From Neocallimastix sp. 'constans' (Eukaryota), in assembly GCA_050613775.1 (NCBI GenBank), contig JBODTK010000012.1, positions 1,302,001 to 1,366,000 of the forward strand: a stretch of DNA of 64,000 nucleotides, given 5' to 3'. The notes beneath the pieces were generated by a model. It was not told where the DNA came from and searched no databases. It saw nothing but the letters and a program-made list of their open reading frames with translations. Shown here piece after piece: positions 14,564 through 27,554 of this stretch. The translations under genes were made by a program, and so were the position numbers. Positions within the stretch are counted from its first letter, which is position 1. Each line of letters opens with the position of its first letter.

Positions 14564-17434
14564 TCATAAACATAAAATTTCTTTTATTGAAGAAGATGAA
14601 TTATAAGCATTAATTTTTTGATCAAACATTTCAAATACTTTTTCGTCAGTACTGATTTGTTTTAAAATTAATGAAATTCTTTCAATATTAATTTTTTTAA
14701 TATCAAAGGTTTTATGAATTAATGATTGTTCAATGACAAATATCATTAAATCAGAATTATTAAATTGACTTGTTACTAGTATAATATTTTCAAAATCATT
14801 ATACTTAAAATTAAATGTATTATGATTTAGTGATTTTTGAATAAACAATTTTATAAAATTAATACTTTTTATATTATTTAGATTAAATAAAATTTTCTCA
14901 AATTTAATTTTTTTAAAATCAAAATATGGGCTATTTAATAATTTCTCTGTAATAAATTTCATTATATATAAATTATCACTCACATTATCTTCTGACAAAA
15001 TATCTTCAATATTAAAATTAATATAATTTAATAAAATATAATTTAGATATTTTTCGATGAAAACATAATTATTCATTTCAACAGCCTTCTTCAGGGTCTT
15101 AAATGCTTTTGCTTTAGTTAGACCATGTTCTTTTCCACAATTATCAAAAATCATAATAACTGCTTCATTATTATTTGCCACAACGATATTATCAAACCAT
15201 TCATTCTTAATTTCAATTTTATTTTTTTCATTATCTATTATATTAGTTAATTGTTTTTCCGTCAATGGAGTCTTATTTTTGTAAAGAGAAAGCATTTTTA
15301 TAATAAATATATCATCAAAAATATACTGAACTATTGTTTTCAATAATTTAATAAAACTAGCATTTAGATAACAATATTTTCTTTCTTTTGCTAATGTTGT
15401 TATTAAGTTTGATGTTACATTATATCCATTTTTAATTAAATATTTTAAAATATCTCCTGTTAAGTTATCGTCATGATAAAGTATATCCGTGATATCAGTA
15501 TCATGTATTTTATAATTAACATTAACACCATTTTTTAATAATAAATTTGCAATTATAAATTTTCTTTCTGACAACGCGCATAATAATGGTGACATATAAT
15601 TAAGTATATACTTATTTTTTTTATAAATACAATAATTTAAGGATTTATAATGAGAAATAATGTATTTTATAATTTCAATACTAGATAATTGTTCTTTTAA
15701 ATTTTTTATAGCATATATTAATATATCGAATACCTCATTATTAATATTTGAAAATAATATTTTATTTTTTATTATATAATTATTTAATTTTGTTAAATTA
15801 TTTGATTTAACTAGATTCATAATAGTTTGTCTATATTTATCAATATTATTTAAATTGTTTATGAATTGTTCATCAATTTTAATCAATACCTTTTCATTTT
15901 TTAGTGTATTTAAATATCTTTCTCTTTCTTTATAAAAAATATTATTTTCTTTTTCCTGGCTAAAGATCTGAAAAAGTACTTTTAAAATTTCATCATTTTC
16001 TCTAAAATCATTAATAATAATACTATTTAGAAATTCAATATCATCTTCATCTATTGCTAATTTATAGATTGAATTATCAAATATTATTTTATATTTTTCA
16101 TTATTAACTATATCATTTAATTGCTCACTGCTTAATGGTTTTTTATTTTTAGATATAGAAAGCAAATATAGAATAAAATAGTTATTAAAAATATACGTTT
16201 TAAGTATTATATTTAATATTTTCAATTGTCTGTCATTAATTAATTTTTGTATAAAGTTTAAAGATATATTATATGTACTATTTACAATATATTTTAAATT
16301 TAATTTGTTTAAGTGTTTTCTTTCATATAATTTAATTAAAAAATCCTCATTATTGATATTTGCCCCATTTTTAATTAATAAATCAGAAATTTGAAATTTA
16401 TTTTTTGATAATATATAATAAAGTAATGAAACAATTTTTCCGTCAATACACACATAATAATTCAAATTTTCATAATTACATTCTTTTATTAAAAAATTAA
16501 TTAGTTCAAGGGAATCATTATTTTCTAAATAAATTTTCAATAAATCATTATATTTATTATAAATATTATTAAAGTACATCAATTTTATATTATTTTCTTT
16601 TAAATAATATTTAATATCCATAATATTATTATTTCTGACTAATTGTACAATATCATTTCTTTTTTCTATGTATTTATTGAAATTATTTATGAAAAGACAT
16701 TTACCATCCTTAAAATTTATTTCAATATTTTTATCTTGAAGATTATTATAGAAATTATTAAATATTACATTTTTTTCTCTTCCATCATTATAAAATAATA
16801 AATCCATTACCATAAAGTTATTAAATTCGATAGCATACAAATAAAGGAAGTCATAAAAATCTATATTATATTTTTCAGTATTAATAATATTGCTTAATTC
16901 TTGGTTAGATATTGATATCTTATTACGATAAAAATGTATCAATTTTAAAATAAAATTTTTATTAAAAAGATAATTCTCTAATGTATAATTTAATAATGAA
17001 TTTCGGTAGCTTTTAATTAATATTTTCAATAAAATTGCTTTATTAAATCCTTTATCTATCAAGAAATTAATATTTTTGGTATTCAAAATACTTTCTAGTA
17101 TATCTGAATTTATAAAATTAATATCAGCTCCAAATTCTATTAATATTTCTGCAATTTTAAAATAATTATTAGCAATTGCAACTGAAAGTGGCGATTTATA
17201 TATATTTTCTAATTTTTCATAAATAGTATAATTCAGATTACTATAATGACCATTAATTATAATAAATTTTACTAATAAATCGGAATTATTATTTTCAATT
17301 GCTTTAATTAATATATCGAAGTTAACATTACTTAACTTTTTTATGTTAATATTATTTTCATTTAAAAACTTCTTTAATTTAATTATATTATTACTTCTAA
17401 TAATTTTTATGATTTCTTCTTCCATAATTTCCAT
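14564..17434 (-). CDS. Ankyrin-repeat-containing protein, 956 aa, built from three copies of a ~260-aa module
   Basis: Ankyrin-like SPLSVAIANNYFKIAEILIEFGADIN, SLLYYILSKNKFQISDLLIKNGANIN and SPLLCALSERKFIIANLLLKNGVNVN. Each module also carries FDILIxAI and FILxLxxxxKNKxPLSxxQLxxIIxxEK-type motifs. Intronless. Confidence 0.85.
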   Translation of the reverse strand: MEIMEEEIIKIIRSNNIIKLKKFLNENNINIKKLSNVNFDILIKAIENNNSDLLVKFIIINGHYSNLNYTIYEKLENIYKSPLSVAIANNYFKIAEILIEFGADINFINSDILESILNTKNINFLIDKGFNKAILLKILIKSYRNSLLNYTLENYLFNKNFILKLIHFYRNKISISNQELSNIINTEKYNIDFYDFLYLYAIEFNNFMVMDLLFYNDGREKNVIFNNFYNNLQDKNIEINFKDGKCLFINNFNKYIEKRNDIVQLVRNNNIMDIKYYLKENNIKLMYFNNIYNKYNDLLKIYLENNDSLELINFLIKECNYENLNYYVCIDGKIVSLLYYILSKNKFQISDLLIKNGANINNEDFLIKLYERKHLNKLNLKYIVNSTYNISLNFIQKLINDRQLKILNIILKTYIFNNYFILYLLSISKNKKPLSSEQLNDIVNNEKYKIIFDNSIYKLAIDEDDIEFLNSIIINDFRENDEILKVLFQIFSQEKENNIFYKERERYLNTLKNEKVLIKIDEQFINNLNNIDKYRQTIMNLVKSNNLTKLNNYIIKNKILFSNINNEVFDILIYAIKNLKEQLSSIEIIKYIISHYKSLNYCIYKKNKYILNYMSPLLCALSERKFIIANLLLKNGVNVNYKIHDTDITDILYHDDNLTGDILKYLIKNGYNVTSNLITTLAKERKYCYLNASFIKLLKTIVQYIFDDIFIIKMLSLYKNKTPLTEKQLTNIIDNEKNKIEIKNEWFDNIVVANNNEAVIMIFDNCGKEHGLTKAKAFKTLKKAVEMNNYVFIEKYLNYILLNYINFNIEDILSEDNVSDNLYIMKFITEKLLNSPYFDFKKIKFEKILFNLNNIKSINFIKLFIQKSLNHNTFNFKYNDFENIILVTSQFNNSDLMIFVIEQSLIHKTFDIKKINIERISLILKQISTDEKVFEMFDQKINAYNSSSSIKEILCL

Positions 17435-18364
17435 ATTTTTGATTTTTTATAAATTTTATCAGTAAAAATAATATTATAAAAATTATATTATAATAAATAA
17501 ATATTCAAAGTATTTTTCTTTTCTTTTAAAATGTGTAATAAATTAATATGAATTAAAATATATTTGCAGTTTTCAATTTGATATTAAAATATTTTATAAA
17601 TCCTTTTTTTAATAAATAAAAAATTATTAAAAAAATATTATAAATCAAATATTATTTATTATAATATATAAATAATTTACTAATATATAATAATAATAAT
17701 AATAATAATAAAATAATGAAAATAATAATAATAAATCATCTTTTAACTATATTAAAGCACGCTCGTTACAAAGTCATTTATTTAAAATATTGATAGAATT
17801 AATAGTAATATTTCAGAAATGATGATGTAAATAACAATTTTATATATTAAGCCTAATTATTTATATATATTAATAATCTTTCTCTCTCTCTTACTCTTAA
17901 TAAACAGTATATTTAATTAATTCAAATTAATTTTTAAAGAAAATAAATTCAATATTCATTTTCAAAAATTTTCTTTACTAGATCAAACAAAACAATTATT
18001 AATTATTAATAAAAGATAAAAGTGATTTTGAAAATAGGAATTAATCATAATAATTAAATTAATACTAATACTAATACTTATACTAATAAAACCAATATAT
18101 CTACTTCTCTTGATAATAATAATAATAATAAAATAATATTAACTAAATTAATTTGAATAATAAAATTTTTTATTTTTTCTTAGTATTATTATTTATTTTA
18201 TTAAATAAATACTTTTTTTCATTTATTTATTTATTTATTTATTCACTATTATTTCTTTTTTTTTTTTTTTTTTTTTTTTTTAATAATTTTATATTTTCAT
18301 TATTTTTATTATTGTTTTTATCATTTGATTTGGCTTTATTTTTTTATTTATTTGAACTTTAATT

Positions 18365-18398
<34 letters not shown>

Positions 18399-18493
18399 AT
18401 GTGTGTGTTTAATACTTGTTATTACTACTCTCAATTAATAATTATTGATTATTTATTATTATTATTATTATTTTAATTATTTTAATTTGAGAT

Positions 18494-18977
18494 TTATTCA
18501 TAATCAATTTCAAACTTTTCATCAAGTTCAGAAAATTCTTGAAGATAATGCTTAAACAAGGAAATTGAAGTTTCAACATCCTTTGAGCCAGCAGTTTCAC
18601 GAATACTATGCATGGATAATTGTGATAAACCAACATCTAATAAAAAAAAAAAAAGTTAAAAAAAAAAAATTATTAAAATATTTTATAAATATAGTATATT
18701 ATTTAGAATAACTTACCAATAGTTCTAATACCAAGTTTAGAAGATAAAAGTGGACCAATAGTAGAACCACATGGACTAATATTTAAATATATTTAATAAT
18801 ATTTTAGTTTATAATTTAAATATCTTTTAAAATTGAAAATAATAATAATAATAATAAAATTTACCTATCATTTCTTACAACAAATTCCTTTTAATATTAA
18901 TATATATCATAATTATATCATAATAATATTTAAAATATTAATTTATTTAGTTTTTAAGAATTAAATAATATATATAA

Positions 18978-19038
<61 letters not shown>

Positions 19039-21719
19039 AATAATAAACTTTAAATTTTGAAATATAAATAATAATATAATATAAAAAATATATATTTATA
19101 TATTTATATAATTTTTCATTACTTGACATGGAAGATTATTCTTTTGAGCAATAGTTTGGAATAATAAAGAGGTAAGATCAGTGGTGGCATAACGCTATTC
19201 ATTTTTTAAAATATTTTAGTTTGTTAAACAATTAAATTTATATTATATTTTATTTCATTTAAAAGCTTTAATTTATTATAAAAATATTTTATAATAAATA
19301 TTTAATATTTAAAATGTTTTATTGTTTCAACATACTTGGTTAAAGTTAGTTTTGATAACCATTCCTTCATTAAGTTTTGGTTTATGATAAGCTTCGTGCT
19401 TTTCTGAATAATTTGGATGAACAGCATGCTATTAATAATTATAAAAAAAAATTAATAATAATAATATATTTTTGTTATATTATAATAAACAAATTATTAA
19501 TATGAAACTATATATATTATTATTATTTGCTATTATTATTATTTTAAAATCATAAAGACTTACAGCTACATCCTATTTCATAATAAAGTATAAATTATAA
19601 AAAAAAAAAAAAAAAAAAAATATGAAATAAATTAGTACAATATTATATATATATATATATAATTTTATATTTACTAAAATATTATTATATTTAAACCCAC
19701 AGCACTACAAAGGAAACTTTTTCTAATAGCTTCTTGATAAGCTGTCTATTTTTAAATTATTCATTAAAATCATATTTTATTAATATTTCAAATAGAAAAA
19801 TTAAAAATAAAAATAATATTAAAATAAAATTAAAATAAAATGATTAATAATAATATAATTATTATTACTGGAGAAACGGTTTGAGAAACTTCCATTTTCA
19901 TAATTCTTTGTAGGATAGTATCTAAAAATACAGAGTCAGCACCTCTATCTGAAGTACTACCAATTTCTTCATGATCAAATGAAACAAATACTCTGCAATC
20001 TGATGATTCAGTCAAAGAAGAAATATCCTTATTTGCTTCAACAAAACCCTAACAAATATATATATATATATAATATTAAAAGAAAAGCTTTTGAAATGAA
20101 TATACTGTTTAAAATAACCATTACTTACATGTAAACCAGTGTAAGTCATTAATTGATTATCTAATCTTCCAGAGACTATGATTACAGAGTAAAAAATTTA
20201 AACAAATTAAAATAAATTTATTTTAATAAGTATTTATTTTTATAAATTTAAAATTTATGAACTATTTAACTATTATTTACAAATGAATTCATCATTAAGA
20301 CCACCAAGAGTACTCTTGTTTGTATCATATAAAACTAAATCAAAGTCCTTAATACTCTTAACTAAATATATGGATTTAATAATAATAATTTAAATATATA
20401 TATAATTGAAATAATATTTAATCAATAAAGTTAATTTAAATAATATTCATTATTTAAATTATAATATATTTAATTATTACCATCTATCTTTAATTCATCA
20501 GCAAGAACTTTCATCATTTCTGGATGGTGTTTAACTTTATTATCTTCCTCTGGCTTATCACCATTTAAACTATTTTGATTTCATAATACATTATTAAATT
20601 TTATATTAATATATTTTGTTAACTATAAGTATTTAAAAGTAATTAAATTAGTTGAATATGTTAAGACTCAACTAAAATATTAGATATTTACACTTTCTGA
20701 GCAAAGATTGGAATTAAATGATTTTCTTTATTGAAGGTAATATTATCTCTACTAGATTCAAGGTGAATGGCTTAACATATAAATATAAATATTTAATGAT
20801 AATTTATTTAAATAGAAGTAATTAAAATATAACAATAATAATAAAAGCTAATAATACTATTAATAAAAAATAAACTAAAAAAAAAAAAATTGTATACCTA
20901 AAGATGGAATTCTCAATAGAGGTTTGTCAATTTTAACTAAACGTTGTTTATATTTGCCATTTTCCTCAACAATACATCTACCAGCCAAAGATAAATCACG
21001 ATCAAACCATGTATTCCTATATTTCAATATATATTTATATATGTATTTACATTAAAAAAAAAAATAAAAAAAAAAAAAAAAAAGTTTAATTCATTGAAAA
21101 TTGATTTAAAAATTAACATTTTAATATATATTCCATTTAATATGATATTCAATATTAAATCATATTATAATATTAATAAATTAAATAAGAAAATACCATA
21201 AACCACCACCGTAAAGAGAAACACCAATCTATCAAATATTTTTTATTATATCAAAATTATAATTTAACATAATATATGAGTATAAGTTTTATTAATTAAT
21301 ATTAATAATTCTACTTCATAACTTTTAATTTCAATTTTTTTATTAATATTTAAAAAAAAAAAAAAAATAAAATAAAAAAATAAAGAAAAATTAAAAAACA
21401 AAATTATAATTTTACTAACTTGAAGAATTCCTTCCTTTTCTCTTTTTGAAATTGGTCTAACTTTTAAAGCTGGACTATCACAATGTGTACCAATAATAAC
21501 AAATGGATTGCCTGGAACATATTTTCCACCAATGGCAAAAGATAAAATAGAAGATTTATTTCTTGTTAAAAAGTACTTAGAATTTCTCTTTAAATCCCAT
21601 TTAACCCTTTCATTTAATTCTTGATAACCTGCTTCAAGAAGAATAGTTCTAGCTTGATCTACTACATGATATGGTGAGGGACACTTGTTTAAAAATGATA
21701 TGAATTCAGATGCTGACAT
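18494..21719 (-). CDS. APE4: Aspartyl aminopeptidase (peptidase M18; DNPEP/Ape4 homologue), 15 exons
   Basis: Manually spliced exons, all GT-AG (approx. 21719-21420, 21228-21197, 21016-20898, 20771-20692, 20569-20481, 20361-20281, 20175-20128, 20048-19869, 19745-19701, 19572-19564, 19428-19336, 19194-19123, 18887-18865, 18775-18717, 18636-18494). They give [82 protein letters not shown] and QLSMHSIRE. Stop TAA at 18496-18494. Confidence 0.95.
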
Positions 21720-22180
21720 AATTAACTTTTTTTAATCTTAATAATAATAATTTATCTTTAGAAATAACAAAAATTAATAAAATAAAAAATTAAAAGTTAA
21801 AAAAAATATTAATTAAATTTAATAAAAGTAAATATATATAAATTTATTATTTTAAATGATTTAATGTTTCATCCATATTTTATTAGGTAATTATTATTAA
21901 TTAATAAATTAAATTTTTTATCATTTACAAATACTGCAGTATTGTATACAAAATTGTAAATTATCTCAAAGTTTAATATTTTCATTTACATTAATATTCC
22001 AACTTTACATTTAATTATCCATTTTTTTTATATTTTTTTTTTTTATTTTTTAGTTTGTTCTACTTATTTTAATTAAAATTTTATTTTATTTTCATTTAGT
22101 GTATATATATAGATAGATATACATATATTTAAAAAAAAAATATAAAATATTTAGATTTATCATATATATAATGTTTTATC

Positions 22181-22211
<31 letters not shown>

Positions 22212-22230
22212 ATACTAGAATATATATTTA

Positions 22231-22632
22231 GACTGAGATTAACGTAAGAGGAGGACAATAGGGCCTCCAGTCCCTCCCTTAAACATATTAGGCTCTCATT
22301 GGATTCTTTACTATACCGTTACGGTGTCGACGAGAAGCTCACTCAAAGCAAGGCTAATAGGAAAGTCATTCCCTACATGCCGCTTTATATGATGGGATTC
22401 TTTTCAGTAATATATTGAACCATTATAGAGGAAAGAACAATTAAACTAATTGTCTCATAGATTGAATGCTTTATGCACTGGCAATTATATTGTCTAGCAA
22501 CAGGAATTCTTATGGAACACTAGCTTCATTTATAGGGAAAAACCCAGAAAGGATGAATATCACCTCATATAAATAGTAGGTAATCGGGTGATCGATCCGG
22601 AAATCTTATTATGTTAGTCCCAATATATTAAC
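22231..22632 (-). mobile_element. Non-coding interspersed repeat (copy A) next to (TA)n; probable non-autonomous retroelement or UTR remnant
   Basis: GC-richer island collinear with 28290..28691. Shared blocks: CTCTCATTGGATTCTTTACTA, GCCGCTTTATA, TTCTTTTCAGT, CAACAGGAAT, CTTCATTTATAGGGAAAAAC, CTCATATAAAT, TGTTAGTCCC. Same left boundary after a TA/T run. Strand inferred from the A-tail of copy C. Confidence 0.75.
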
Positions 22633-22877
22633 AACTTTTATTTATAATGTATTATAAAAAAAAAAAAAAAAAATAAAAAAAAATAAAAAAATATATACTT
22701 TTTTTTATTTAAAATACAGTAAGATTATGTAATCTTAAGAATTTATATGAAACAACCTAAATTCAATAGTTATTTTTCTAATTTTTATTTACTTTTATTT
22801 TATTTAATTATTTTTTATTTTATATTTATTTATAAATTTATTAATTTATTTATTTATTTATTTATTACTTTTTTAAT

Positions 22878-22916
<39 letters not shown>

Positions 22917-22926
22917 TTTTTTAATT

Positions 22927-22983
<57 letters not shown>

Positions 22984-23224
22984 ATGAAATTATTTCTGAT
23001 ATTTTTTTTTTTATTTTATTTTATTTTATTTCATATTTTTTATTTTTTTCGAATTAGTTGTTCATTTTATTTTGCTTTTTAATTTTAATTTTAATTTTTA
23101 ATTTTTATTTGTATATATATATATATTTATTTATTTATTTATTTTATTATTTGAAATATATTTTATATGTAATATTTTTTGTTATATAATAAATAAAACT
23201 GCGATATTTTGTATTTCATAAGGT

Positions 23225-26200
23225 TTATTTGAAGAACTTTCTTCCCTTCTTTTCTGGAGTTCCTGGTCTTCCACCTCTTTCGGCTTGACGTCTTCTTTCT
23301 TGTAAATTAATTTTATCCATTTCTAATTTGTCCTTCATTTCCTTGTATTTAGCAATTAACTAATTTTTATAAATGATTTAATAAAAAAATAATTTTTATT
23401 ATTATAATTATTATTTATACTATTTTTTTTTTTTTTTTTTTTTTTTGAACATATTATTAATATCATTAAATTAAATAAATAAATAATAAAATAAATTTAC
23501 ATCATCTTCAGATTGCTTTAACTTAGTTTCCTTTTCATGAACCTTTTGATCAAATACTGCCTTCATTTCTGCTTCCATCTTCTTCATCTTTAATTCATGT
23601 TTTCTTCTTTCTTCATCAAGTTGTGATAATGGACTTATATAAAAAACATTTTATAATAAATTAATAAGTAAAATATATTAATTTTAAATTTTATATACAT
23701 TTATATGACTTCAAAATATTAAATATTTACTTTAATCCATCATTTGTATTAGTAACTTCAGAAGAAATTAATTTTTGAGAACGGTATTTTTCGTATAAAA
23801 CTTCATTAGTGTATTCTTTTAATTCTTCCATATGGGTTCTTAATAATTATATTATAATATTTATATAAATATTAATATAAATATTTATATGAATTTTTGT
23901 TTGTTTATTTTTTCTTTTAATATATAAATATTTTTTGCTTTATAATTAGAATGAAGAAATTATTATAATCATATTTACCTGATAAGCATTTGACGAAGCT
24001 TTACGAAATCACAATGATCAGCATTATCAACTTCAATAATACCCCATGGATACTTTCTACCACGAACATTCTTGTTTCCAACTTTGAATGGTTTGTCACT
24101 ACCAACAACACAGAATGGCATAGATAACTATTTTAAAATTTTAAAATTTAAAAAAATTATAATAATTAATACTTTTTGTAACAATATTATAATTTATATT
24201 TATTCATATTAAAAACTAACAAGAATTTCTTTATTTTCTTGAATAGTCTCGGCATCATCATTATCATAAATTGGTGGTTGATAAATTTGAATATTGTGGT
24301 AAGCAATATCTTCTAAAATCTATTATATAAAATTAAGTTATTAATTTTATATAAGAAATAAATATTTATATTATATTTATTATATTATTATTAACATACT
24401 CTAGCCTTAAATGATTTAATTTCATCATCACTTAAAATATCAGATTTAGCAATTACTGGAATAAGATTAACACGATGGTGTAATCTAGACATGAATTCAA
24501 TATCAATTGGTCTTAAACTATTATATAATTTAATTAATAAAAAAAAAAATTAATATTCTGAAATTAAAAAGATAAATCATATTTTTTCCTAAATTTTAAA
24601 ATTTACCTATGACCAGTTGGTGGAATAAAGTAAATACAAGCATGAACACGAGTATCAATAAGTCTCTTTCTATTAACACGATTTTCTTGTTCAAGGTAAG
24701 CATCAAAACGAGCTTCAATGTTTTCTAAAATTGGTTGCCAACTGTTTTCATTATTAACATAATCACCAAAACCTGGAGTATCAACAATAGTTAACTTTAA
24801 TTTGACACCATTTTCTTCAATATCTATAATTTTTTTTTTTTTATTTTGATTTTATATAATTTTTTAAAAAAGAAAATTTTAAATTTATGAATTTAAATAA
24901 TATATTTTATTTCTTTTATTCTTTTAGATTTTTCATTTACCAGCAGTAATAGTTTGAATATCAACGGTCTTTGGAGTTTCATTACTAAGTTCTTTTGGTT
25001 CCTTATTTGGGTAAATGGAAGTGTTAAAAAGAGTATTTATTAAAGTAGATTTACCTAAACCAGATTCACCTATATAATTCATAATTTATTATTTATTGTT
25101 TATTTCTTTAATATATTTAAATTAAATTATGTTCAAAGCATACCAACTACCATAACAGTAAATTGAAAACCTTTTTTAATTGATTTATTGTGAACTTGTC
25201 TTGGTAAGTTTGAAAAACCTACGAAACCTTTAAGTTGTCTTGGAACAATTTCTTGATTAATCTTTGTATATAAAAAATATTAAATATTAAAAATTATTAT
25301 ATTATTCATTCTTTATACTTCTAAATTATTACTTATTCTTTTTAAAAAAAAAATTATTTTTTAAAAAATAAAAAGAAAAATAAAATTAAATAGCTTACAA
25401 CTTGAATTGGATTTTCTTTTCGTTTGTTTGTTTGTTTTATTAATTTATATATTTTCATTTTTCATTTTATTTTTAATAATATAATTATTATTTTATTTTA
25501 TATATAAAATAATTATTAATAAAAGTTATTCATTAATTTTTAATTAACAAATTTGATAAACGGAAATTCAAAAAAAAAATATTAATAATTCAAAAATTAT
25601 AAATATAAAACTTTTATATCATCTATTTATCCAAAAATTGATATGTAATTCTTATTTTTATTATAAATAATAAAAATAAGAAAGTAAACAACAAATATAT
25701 TATATTTATTAAAATAATATTTAAAAGTGTTTAAGGTTGTCTATTTAGATTTATTATTGTTTCTAAGTTATTCCTTTTGTTAACATAATTTGCTTATTAA
25801 TTTACGATTAATACTCTTATTAGATAATTTTAACAATTTTTAAAAGAAATTAAAGCAATATATAAATTTATAAAATATTAATAATAATTGAAATTTATTT
25901 AATTTTTATTTTTTTGTTTATTTTTATTTTTTTCTTTTTCTCGAGAAAAAAAAATAAATAAATAAAAATATAAAATAATAAAAAAAAAAAGAAGAAGAAG
26001 AAAAAATTCGTTCTATATTGCTATATATATTATTTTGTTTACATTAAATGGATTGATTTGCTTATATAATATGGTATTATTTTTAAATTAGATACTATCC
26101 GAAAATTTTTATCATATTGAATTATTGATTTTTTCTTCGAGTGTTCTAATTCTTTCAACCTTTACTTCGAATTCTTTATTGTATGCTTAATTTATTTTGA

Positions 26201-26269
26201 TTTTTATATAATATATAAATATTATAAATCCTTCCATAAAATAACCAATATAAATAAATCCTTACCCAT
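23225..26269 (-). CDS. CDC3: Septin, Cdc3/AspB type, 11 exons
   Basis: Spliced product [61 protein letters not shown]...VDTPGFGD...[14 protein letters not shown]...VIAKSD...RGRKYPWG...[21 protein letters not shown]...coiled coil ([14 protein letters not shown])...KKGRKFFK*. The start is inferred from a 4-nt exon ATGG|GTAAG at 26269-26266, in frame with a 17-nt exon at 25415-25399; the start is less certain than the rest. Confidence 0.92.
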
Positions 26270-27554
26270 TATTAAATATTAATTTATATATTAAAAATTT
26301 AAATAAAAAATCTATAATATTTAAGACGTATTAAACAATTAAAATTCTATAAAGGGTTTATATAATAAATAAATGTCTATAAAAATGATTTTAAAGATTG
26401 TTTATTATATAATATCACTTTTTATTTTTATTTTATTATTTTAAAAAAAAAAAAAAAATTGAAAACAAAAAATTTTATTATTTACATTTTATTTAATAGA
26501 TAAATAGCATATACATGTATATTAAAATATATTTTTGATATTTATTATTTATTATAAATTTAATATAATTAATAAAATATAATAATTAAAAAGATTATTT
26601 AAAATTATTTAAAAAAAATATATATTATATTAATATATGAATACATAATATGTAAATATTTATAATGACTATTAATCAACTTTTCACAATTTGCTCATTC
26701 ATTTTTTTAAATAATTTGTATATTTATAAAATAAAATAAAATATATATATTTATTATAGAAATACATTTATTATTTTATATATTATAGAAATTTTATAAA
26801 TAAATATTAATAAAAATATATTATTACCTCTACACCTAAAAAATTTATAAAATCATATATTTATTTACATTATATTATTATAAATTAAATATATATTATA
26901 ATAAATATATTAAATTAAAAATGTATTAATATATTTCTAAAATGTATCTTAATGTAATAAAATAATGTAAATATTTTTTTTATTAATAAAAAAATATTGA
27001 TATAATTAGTAAAAAAAAAAAAATAAATATTTTTACTATTTGATATTTAAAACATTTAATAGTGTATATATATATTTAATTAAATTTAAATGTGGCTGCT
27101 TTATTATGTAAATATAAAAATGCCAATCATCATATATAATATAAATTTATAATAAAAATAATAAAAAAAAACAATTATAATTCAATACATCAATACACCT
27201 ATAAACTTTAAAAAAAAATAGATTTAATATAATTTCAATGAATATTATGTTTATAATTATTAAATTATTATTTATTTAATATTCATTAATTTATATTTTA
27301 AATATTTTTTTAAAATATAATACTTAAAAAGTTCAATTTTTAATTTAAATAAAAATAAAATAAAAAGAAATTTCAATTTTAGAATTAAATATTTTTTTCT
27401 AATTAAAAATATTAACTTCTAAAATATTCATGTTTTAATGTTTCATATATTTTGATATTATAGTGGTAAAAATTGACAATATATTAATGTCTTAATATTT
27501 AAACCATTAATTATTATTTATTTATTTAATTTTTATTATATTATTCATTATATT

